This document shows positions 56,761 to 63,712 of a stretch of DNA of 64,000 bases, one piece after another. Below the pieces are notes generated by a model, which saw only the letters and a list, made by a program, of their open reading frames with translations, was not told where the DNA came from and searched no databases. The stretch is taken from NCBI GenBank assembly GCA_023439545.1, contig JAEXNT010000011.1, forward strand, positions 139,659-203,658, given 5' to 3'. The first letter of the stretch is position 1. Each line of letters starts with the position of its first letter. The translations under genes were made by a program, and so were the position numbers. This DNA is from Bacillota bacterium (GTDB taxonomy: Bacteria > Bacillota > Clostridia > Acetivibrionales > DTU013).

Positions 56761-56849
56761 ATAAACACCTCCTAAGCATACTCCGCTTTACTTCAGGCAG
56801 TATAAATATTTACTGTCAGCTTTATCATGAGTAAATATAGAATCATGGT

Positions 56850-57005
56850 CTATTCATTTGGCATCATTCTTACAAGCTTTAAATTACGCTCCTGGATAGC
56901 TTGCTGAATAAGCTCCCTTTCCTCTTCAACACCTGATGTATTTAACTTTGAGTAAAGGATCTGCAGCTCAGACTCAATCTTTTCAATTTCGAATTGTTCA
57001 AGCAA
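56850..57005 (-). CDS. Candidate small helical protein, 51 aa
   Basis: TTG start 7 nt after AGGAGG. Not in the ORF track because it is under 60 aa. Heptad-like sequence. Confidence 0.35.
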   Translation of the reverse strand: MLEQFEIEKIESELQILYSKLNTSGVEEERELIQQAIQERNLKLVRMMPNE

Positions 57006-57138
57006 ATAGATAGCCTCCTTCCTATACCCTTGAAGGCAGGCCGCAGCAATGCTATAATATTCATAAGGCAGCCTTTATCAAGGTTGTTTTGTGTGCCGGT
57101 ATCCTCTAAGCTTTGGACGGTGAAGAGGTTGCCGGCTT

Positions 57139-57312
57139 TCATTTGACTGATTTTGTACATGATTCTATAAACTCCTTTAGCTGCTCATCTGTAATTCTCC
57201 AATGCTTCCCTATCTTCACCCCTTCTAATTTTCCTGCTTTTAAATACTTTCTTAAGGTTATTACAGGAATTTTTATTTTTTCCGATAATTCTTCAAGAGT
57301 ATAGAATTCCAA
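57139..57312 (-). CDS. Excisionase-family (HTH_17) DNA-binding protein
   Basis: YTLEELSEKIKIPVITLRKYLKAGKLEGVKIGKHWRI. TTG 57312 lies 8 nt after GGAGG. Confidence 0.8.
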   Translation of the reverse strand: MEFYTLEELSEKIKIPVITLRKYLKAGKLEGVKIGKHWRITDEQLKEFIESCTKSVK

Positions 57313-57333
57313 ATCATTCACCTCCTACCAATT

Positions 57334-57362
57334 ATTGTATAATGCATTTTCTGATATGTCAA
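57334..57362 (-). promoter_or_regulatory. Sigma-A promoter for the xis-like gene
   Basis: On the minus strand: TTGACA, 17 nt spacer, TACAAT. Confidence 0.6.
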
Positions 57363-57396
57363 TATCTATCAATAATTTTAGTTACCTGTCATTACC

Positions 57397-57414
57397 TTTC
57401 GTCGCTCGACGAAA
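57397..57414. promoter_or_regulatory. Conserved element motif copy 1: palindrome tttcgtc-gctc-gacgaaa
   Basis: Perfect 7-bp arms, about 35 bp upstream of the -35 element. Confidence 0.5.
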
Positions 57415-57503
57415 TTTTACTTATTTGCCACGCTGGATTACTTTTATTTATATCATGAAAAAAGCACTCGGTTAAGAGTGCTTAATGAGTATGTTCTTAT
57501 ATA

Positions 57504-57785
57504 CTAATCTTCATTTAGGTATTTATCTCTAAGAGTCCCAAGTAGTATATTTCCTCTTGCATTATTGTCATTTCCATCATAAACTATAAAATCATATCCA
57601 GGATATTGTTTTTGTAATTTTTCTTTTAAGTAAGAAACATTAGCAGAATTTTTAGTCATTTTAATCGCTTTGTAGTTTTCTGACAAGACTACTTCGCTTC
57701 TGACGTTTTTTCCGTCTTTAATAAAGTGAACCTTAACGCCTTCTACCTTGAAAATTGTTTTTTCAATATATCCAATTTTTGGCAT
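57504..57785 (-). CDS. Hypothetical protein, 93 aa
   Basis: ATG 57785 lies 6 nt after AAGGGGTG. No family recognised. Confidence 0.5.
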   Translation of the reverse strand: MPKIGYIEKTIFKVEGVKVHFIKDGKNVRSEVVLSENYKAIKMTKNSANVSYLKEKLQKQYPGYDFIVYDGNDNNARGNILLGTLRDKYLNED

Positions 57786-58384
57786 ACAAAGCACCCCTTT
57801 TTTATTGCATTATATACCATAATATAGCAATAAGCAATTAATAATCGACATTTGATGTTAGTTGCAGTAAAACTAAGCGCTATCCAATTACCGCATTAAG
57901 TCTGTAAAAATTTATTATAAGCATTCTGTGTAATATTTTGTGTAGGGTTGAAACAAATAGTACAGACAGTAAAAGACCTTCCAGCGTTCAACCTGAAAGG
58001 TCTTTTCAAAAATCATATCGCTAAACGATTCTTTGAAATGAAAGAAGCTATTATATTTATATTTGTTTCCCCCAAAAAGTACGTGAGATTCGTACTCCTA
58101 ATCATGGGTTAGAAAATACATTTCAACAGAAAATCTTTGCCTGGTTTCATTCACTACCCGGCCCCAGGTTCTTGATGCACTTTAATGATCCATCGAGAGA
58201 TCAAAGATATTCCCCTACTTTTAGTTTATCATGTTAAAAATTCCATAGAACCTTCAGGTAATTGAATCTCTGAAGGTACACCCTTTTTATCATCTGGGAG
58301 TAAATTATTTCAATAAAATTTTGTTGAACAATTATGTAAAATATTATAAAATGGCAATATCTTTATAGCAAAGGAGACATCAAT

Positions 58385-58942
58385 ATGAATCTTAGTCAGA
58401 TGAAAGAAATTGAAGACTTAAAAGCTCAATTAAGTGCTTCAAGAGATGAATATAGTAAAATATACCAACCTAAAAAGCAAAAGGCTTATAATGAAGTAGT
58501 AAATGGGTTTAAGACATATTTTAAAAATCAAGGTTTCGAAATTCAGGAGACCTCATCATTTGTATATGCAATTTATCGTGATATTAAATTTTCATTAAGC
58601 TTACCGGGAACTGATACAAGCTTTGTTGGCGCTGCTTCAGTATTCAATTTATCTGAGGAGCATAACAAAATAGATAAGCATTCGATAATGATTATTCAAA
58701 AAGGACATAGAACCGGAATACATATTACTTCATCTATATCTCCAAAAACTGAAGATGAAAAATATAAACAAGAAGTTGAAAGTCTAAAAAATAGCATTGA
58801 AGATTCCAAAAAAAACATAGAAGCTATGAAAGATGATGTACTGGTTTTTGGATTAAGGATAGATAATAATAGATCAGGCAGAGAATATGAACAATTTAAT
58901 TCTATGAATGACCTTATTGAACATTTATTTGAATCAAAATAA
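58385..58942 (+). CDS. Hypothetical coiled-coil protein, 185 aa; the only plus-strand gene in the element
   Basis: AAAGGAG RBS. Very AT-rich. An upstream hairpin with T run lies at about 58250-58292. Confidence 0.6.
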   Translation: MNLSQMKEIEDLKAQLSASRDEYSKIYQPKKQKAYNEVVNGFKTYFKNQGFEIQETSSFVYAIYRDIKFSLSLPGTDTSFVGAASVFNLSEEHNKIDKHSIMIIQKGHRTGIHITSSISPKTEDEKYKQEVESLKNSIEDSKKNIEAMKDDVLVFGLRIDNNRSGREYEQFNSMNDLIEHLFESK

Positions 58943-59419
58943 TTACTACCTATAGTTTGACTGGTCAAATCCAGCAAACGCTTATATATCAACAATTTGA
59001 TCGTATTTTGCAATGTAGTGTTTTCGGTGCAAAAGTATTCTGTTTTGTCTCGTTTTCATGCAGCTATAGGAGTATATATAATCTGTTCTTATGGTACTTG
59101 GTATCTATATAAGTATTAGTTATAATCAGTAAGTCAGCTCGTTGAATAAAGTCCTTATACCCCGAACCCTACAGATTGTTGGCCTACAGCTGGTATATAC
59201 AGGTCAGCAAATTACGGCATGGTATAGACAAAAAGCAAGACTGCACATAATTAAATTTATGGGTAGTCTGGGAATATGAGGCAAAAGATACATTTCGTGT
59301 AATCCATATCCCTTCATACCCGCTATGCATTGGTATTACAGTGTTTCGGGCTTTGCTCATTTTTTATAGGTGATTGTGCTTTTGATGCGTTTTGCTATAG
59401 GATACTATATATTGTGTTT

Positions 59420-59512
59420 ACCCTGCCCGAGATGCCACCGGAACCGGTTTTTGTCGGTTGCCCAGACCCCCGGGGGGCGGGTCGCCTGGCGCGCGGGAGA
59501 GTTACCTCGCGT
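59420..59512. other. GC-rich structured island in an AT-rich non-coding region
   Basis: Roughly 93 nt of GC-rich sequence with several local stems (aaccg/cggtt, gaccc/gggtc, cgcggg/ctcgcg). No credible ORF. Confidence 0.5.
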
Positions 59513-59640
59513 AAAAATGTAGACCATCTAGGCCTCAATTTTTGATTAGCAATCCTATGAAAAATCCTATTAAAAATAAGAAAATGCCATGAAAGCATTA
59601 ATTATAGGCGCTTTCAAGTAAGTACATATCAAAAAAATTA

Positions 59641-59904
59641 TCATCGTTTAAAATTAGTTTCAATGCAATTAATTCCTTTTCCAGAAATTCTATATCTCTG
59701 CTTCGTTTCCCTGACATATCCGTTTCGAACGAGAATCCCTAGCTTTTTCCTAAACTCTTTTTCAGTCATATCAAAATGCGTACTATTATAAAGTGTCTCA
59801 GCCGAGTACGTCCTGTCATAAAGCTGGTAAAGAGTACGTAAAATATAGCCTTCTGAGCTTAATTGAGTAAAATGCTTAATTGCATATTTGTATTTAGTTT
59901 TCAT
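59641..59904 (-). CDS. Small winged-helix DNA-binding protein, 87 aa
   Basis: LGILVRNGYVRETKQRYRISGKG is a wing-like C-terminus. Its own RBS is preceded by the inverted repeat caacaat-N20-attgttg. Confidence 0.55.
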   Translation of the reverse strand: MKTKYKYAIKHFTQLSSEGYILRTLYQLYDRTYSAETLYNSTHFDMTEKEFRKKLGILVRNGYVRETKQRYRISGKGINCIETNFKR

Positions 59905-59960
59905 ACTATTTTCCTCACAACAATATATAAATACATTTTATAACATTGTTGAGAAAGTAG

Positions 59961-59999
59961 TAAAAATGCACAAGGAAGCTTATAACAAAGCTTCCCTGT
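59961..59999 (-). terminator. Intrinsic terminator closing the ArpU-like-led operon
   Basis: 12-bp stem (59970-59981 / 59988-59999) followed on the minus strand by gcaUUUUU. Confidence 0.75.
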
Positions 60000-60013
60000 A
60001 TTATGAGTTACTT

Positions 60014-60997
60014 TTACCCGAATTCTGCAATAACGTTAGAAAGCCCTCTTACATCCGCATCGGTATAGTCGACAATGCCTCTGAAATAAGTCGTACAGTC
60101 GATGTACAGGCCACATCCACCGCCGCTCCAAACCTCCGTTCCTGGGCCATGTCCAGCTTCAGCAAAAAACTTCACTGTCAACGCGTTTCCATGCCAACCA
60201 TTCGAGTACCAGCCGCCAATAGTTATACCGCTTTCAAGCACGGGATCACTGCCTGGATTGACATTGAACATACCACCGTTGAATGAACCGGAATAAACAC
60301 CGTTTTGGTTTATATACGTCGCGTAACCGCTGTTCCTCCATGCCGCTAAAGAAGCGCCCAGCGGGACATACAACTTCTCGTTGAAGGTTTTAGGCTCAGT
60401 TTTGTCCTTGATCAGACGGTGATCAATCAAAGCAATGCCCCGCCTGTCAACCTGGAAAACTGTCATGAAGCCACCAACGGCTTCACACGCCACAGATTCA
60501 TAAGCTTGCAGGAAAAGTTGTTCTAGCGGCATGGTGTTAATATTTTGTTCGATAAAATGTCCGACCTCGGAAGTCGCCATTCCCTCCACCCGCGCTCCAT
60601 CATACCAGAACATGACAGCAAAATCATCATTCGAATTCATGCTGCAGCACACTGGAGCATTACGGGTGTTGTCATAATAGAATATCGCTAGATTGCATAT
60701 AAATGCATTTGCAGGATCAGCGATGTTATTGCCCTGGCAGAAAGCCTTTACTTTGCTTCTGGCTATCCCCTGAAGAGCTTCAATCGTATCGTTGTCCTGA
60801 TGCGCAAATTCAAAAATTACTGCTGCTCCTACCGCTTCAATGCCTGCCGAAAATATCAAACGGCTATGCACGACATGGAGCTTTTGGCCGTCGTCGCCGA
60901 GTCTGCGAAATTCACCATTGGCACACAATGACCTACGGGAATCGGAGGCCACGAATAGTGGGCCTGTATTTGAATAAATGGAAATACAACAACTCAT
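60014..60997 (-). CDS. Two-domain protein: N-terminal proteasome-beta/HslV-like Ntn-hydrolase fold (Cys in place of Thr1) plus a Gly/Trp-rich C-terminal domain
   Basis: By-eye alignment of CCISIYSNTGPLFVASDSRRS...QKL...SAGIEAVGAAV to [21 protein letters not shown]...RKV...GIAGTAAVAV. Not verified by a profile search. Confidence 0.5.
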   Translation of the reverse strand: MSCCISIYSNTGPLFVASDSRRSLCANGEFRRLGDDGQKLHVVHSRLIFSAGIEAVGAAVIFEFAHQDNDTIEALQGIARSKVKAFCQGNNIADPANAFICNLAIFYYDNTRNAPVCCSMNSNDDFAVMFWYDGARVEGMATSEVGHFIEQNINTMPLEQLFLQAYESVACEAVGGFMTVFQVDRRGIALIDHRLIKDKTEPKTFNEKLYVPLGASLAAWRNSGYATYINQNGVYSGSFNGGMFNVNPGSDPVLESGITIGGWYSNGWHGNALTVKFFAEAGHGPGTEVWSGGGCGLYIDCTTYFRGIVDYTDADVRGLSNVIAEFG

Positions 60998-61104
60998 TAA
61001 ATCATCCCTTTCTTTTTAAAAACATCTTTGCTTAAAAGCCGCACGGATAGCCCTCGCAGGGAATCCATGTTCCTGATAGCGCTGCATCAAGCCATACCTG
61101 ACCA

Positions 61105-61512
61105 TTAATTTAACCCTACACTAAGCATGTCTATGAACTGCGAGAACTTGCCGTCCGGTGCAGGAAGCTTCTCTAATTTTTCGCGCTGCTTGCCTAAGAA
61201 TTCGGCAAATTCTACAATCCAGTCCTGCAACAGACTTACAGGCGCGCTCTGAAAAAACCTTTCATCATAACCATAACCATTGACCAGGCTGTGAAAAGGG
61301 GTTTTTGTTGCTTCAAAATTCCCATTGTGCATCAGTTTACAGACATATTTGTCAACGCCGCCATTATCTCTTATGGTCTCGGGGATTTCCTCAAAGCTAC
61401 TGAGGATAGTGGCTTTATCGGTTTTCTGAATGCGTTCTGCTATATCCCAGTCCATAGAACGATAGCCGGTTGTCAAAAGCTCAGTCAGTTCATCTTTGTC
61501 AAGCGCGTTCAT
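61105..61512 (-). CDS. Hypothetical protein, 135 aa
   Basis: Start moved to ATG 61512 (GGAGG 8 nt upstream). C-terminal DWIVEFAEFL resembles DWFEEFAKML of the 139-aa protein. Confidence 0.55.
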   Translation of the reverse strand: MNALDKDELTELLTTGYRSMDWDIAERIQKTDKATILSSFEEIPETIRDNGGVDKYVCKLMHNGNFEATKTPFHSLVNGYGYDERFFQSAPVSLLQDWIVEFAEFLGKQREKLEKLPAPDGKFSQFIDMLSVGLN

Positions 61513-61535
61513 CTGCTCGGCCTCCTGCATCCTAC

Positions 61536-62969
61536 TTATTCCAACTTATAGCTTATTTCCGTCCAATCATGCTCCGGATCCTGCGCGACGTTGCCCACGG
61601 AAAGCCAGTCCTGATATGTGGGACCCCCGATAATACAGGCAACTCCGTTACGTTTACGGAACATTTCCTCAAGGAATAGATTGCTTTTTACCTGCCAGAA
61701 TCTTTGAGGATTGCAGTAATATGCAAAATGTCCGCCACGTTCGCTTTTATAACCCCCATAGACGATTGTGATTTTGCTTCCTCCTTCAGTTTTTTTGCAG
61801 ACAGCACCATCCTCTACTAGCCTTTCAAGTACGCGTGGACTAAGTCCTTCGATATCAAGCCGCCCAGTGTTCCGACATATTTTTAGCTTTATTCCTGGTG
61901 CCGAAGTCGGCTTCGCTTCTGTCGGTGCCCGCCAATTATCCGCAAATTTCATTATTTCAGCAGTTTGCATATCGGTAAACATGAAGCGCATTTGAAGTTC
62001 AGGAAAACTTGCTCCGAGAGCCTTTTTCCCCGCGGCGAGGGCCGATTCAATGATTTTCTGTCTCTCAAAGGGGTCTTCTACCTTCTTTTGAGGTTCTGTC
62101 TTGGGTGCGGGGACTGTGCCGGGGGTGAAGACCTTCCTGCGGTCTGACTTTTTCACCATGGTCAGCAATCCTACATTCGGACTATAAGTGGCTATAACGG
62201 GTTTTGCAGGATCTATATTCTTCAAGTCAGTTACTACCATAAATTCTCCATGGTCATTCTCTACAGTATCCCTAGCAGACATTGACATGACGCCAGCGCC
62301 GGGATAAGCTCCATCAAAGACAATACTATTTTCCCAAAGTGCGGCTGGTGGGTATGCTTTTATCCAGCATAGAGAATCCTTTTCATTCCCGGCAGTATCC
62401 TTGACCTTGTAGGTTTGGCCGGCATAGTGTTCGCAGTCGCGACTTGTGTACTCCTCACCACACACAGAACATATGCCCCGATTAAAACTGAAACCTATAG
62501 ATGTATCAAATAGCGTCCCGGCCTCGATACCTGCAATAAGGTCATCTGTATTTATACCGTCGATTTCCACGCCGCGTTTAATGTAAGTGTCGCTCAAAAG
62601 AGAAACCGTTTCGCCTTCCTCAGTAGGTTCTCCAAAACATGCATCAAAGGTTCTTCCATAGGGGATAGCAGGTTTCGGACGACCGCCTAAACCAAACAGC
62701 CCTCCCGAATGCCAGGAGTGGTCTATCAGGAAGGATACGCCTTTTCTTGCATCCATAGCGAACACATCAAGCGTCTCTCTCATTAGCTGGACATACCGCT
62801 CGGGGATTATCATATCTCCAGTTAATTTTGATGGGAACACGAATACTTCATCGGCGGTCAGCCTACGTTTCGCAAGCTTATTGATTTTTTCAAGTTGTGC
62901 TGTGGTCGGTACACCGAATTCACCCAATTCAATCATCCTTTCCTTTTGGGCGTTCGCCCAAATCTTCAT
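61536..62969 (-). CDS. Prohead-serine-protease-like protein (HK97/XkdF type) with Cys/His insertion, linker and extra C-terminal domain
   Basis: LIDHS (His), DTSIGF (Ser) and LWENSIVFDGAYPGAGV follow the Peptidase_S78-type order. CSVC...CEH...C cluster. Start uncertain (ATG 62969 or 62936). Confidence 0.6.
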   Translation of the reverse strand: MKIWANAQKERMIELGEFGVPTTAQLEKINKLAKRRLTADEVFVFPSKLTGDMIIPERYVQLMRETLDVFAMDARKGVSFLIDHSWHSGGLFGLGGRPKPAIPYGRTFDACFGEPTEEGETVSLLSDTYIKRGVEIDGINTDDLIAGIEAGTLFDTSIGFSFNRGICSVCGEEYTSRDCEHYAGQTYKVKDTAGNEKDSLCWIKAYPPAALWENSIVFDGAYPGAGVMSMSARDTVENDHGEFMVVTDLKNIDPAKPVIATYSPNVGLLTMVKKSDRRKVFTPGTVPAPKTEPQKKVEDPFERQKIIESALAAGKKALGASFPELQMRFMFTDMQTAEIMKFADNWRAPTEAKPTSAPGIKLKICRNTGRLDIEGLSPRVLERLVEDGAVCKKTEGGSKITIVYGGYKSERGGHFAYYCNPQRFWQVKSNLFLEEMFRKRNGVACIIGGPTYQDWLSVGNVAQDPEHDWTEISYKLE

Positions 62970-62984
62970 TTATTTTGCTTTGCT

Positions 62985-63296
62985 TTACTTTCCCGAGTAT
63001 TCCATATCATGCCACTCACGCAGCCCATGCCTATCAAGTTCGTTGGTAGAGAACATGTCATAGATTGTGCAATTAAGTTGGCCGTTTGGCCATATCCCTG
63101 GATAGTCCTGGTTAAACAGAGTACACAGTGTAGGGTTGGGTGTTACGGAGAACGTCGCTAGATTTGCATAGTACTTTACCCCATTTCCGGCCTCGCCTCG
63201 GGCTATAATACCTTCATTTACGAATTCTTGAAGCTGCGTCTCGCTCAAACCTCCAGTATCCAGCCTGCCGGATCTTTTACATATTCTGAAAATCAT
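62985..63296 (-). CDS. Hypothetical protein, 103 aa, sharing a motif with the C-terminal domain of the 477-aa protein
   Basis: ICKRSGRLDTGGLSETQLQEFVNEGII compared with ICRNTGRLDIEGLSPRVLERLVEDGAV. Confidence 0.6.
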   Translation of the reverse strand: MIFRICKRSGRLDTGGLSETQLQEFVNEGIIARGEAGNGVKYYANLATFSVTPNPTLCTLFNQDYPGIWPNGQLNCTIYDMFSTNELDRHGLREWHDMEYSGK

Positions 63297-63712
63297 AACG
63301 CTTTCTCGCTTTCAGTTAACATTTTTGCAAACTCTTCAAACCAATCACAAAAACTTTCCGTGTCCTTTTCAAAAATTAAAATGAGAATATCATCAGCCGG
63401 CTTGACTAAATCGTTGTCAAATGTCCTTCCCTTGATTAATTCGTCGATGCTTTTGTTGTCTCTATTATCTCTGTAAAACTCTAGAAAGCCCTGAAAAATC
63501 AGTGAAAACGGTACATCATCAAAGTCGCCATAGTTCACCATATCCGTGAAATATCTATGGTTATGGTTGCCTAAGAACATAATTGATAGATCCTCTGGCT
63601 CAATAACACAATTATCCTTGAATTTCCTGATCTCTTCTGGGGTCATAGAAACAGCGTGCGGCAACCGGGCCAGTTTCATCTCTTTGAATTGTTTGTCCAT
63701 CTTATTTCTCAT
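63293..63712 (-). CDS. Hypothetical protein, 139 aa
   Basis: ATGA overlap with the downstream gene. No family recognised. Confidence 0.55.
   Translation of the reverse strand: MRNKMDKQFKEMKLARLPHAVSMTPEEIRKFKDNCVIEPEDLSIMFLGNHNHRYFTDMVNYGDFDDVPFSLIFQGFLEFYRDNRDNKSIDELIKGRTFDNDLVKPADDILILIFEKDTESFCDWFEEFAKMLTESEKAL

Noticed and set aside
59420-59512. ZTP (pfl), fluoride or guanidine riboswitch, or a tRNA-like element, in the GC-rich island.
   Set aside because: Only short chance resemblances (ccaccgg, cgcctgg) are present. The conserved 5' subdomain sequences are absent, and there is no downstream gene in the right orientation.
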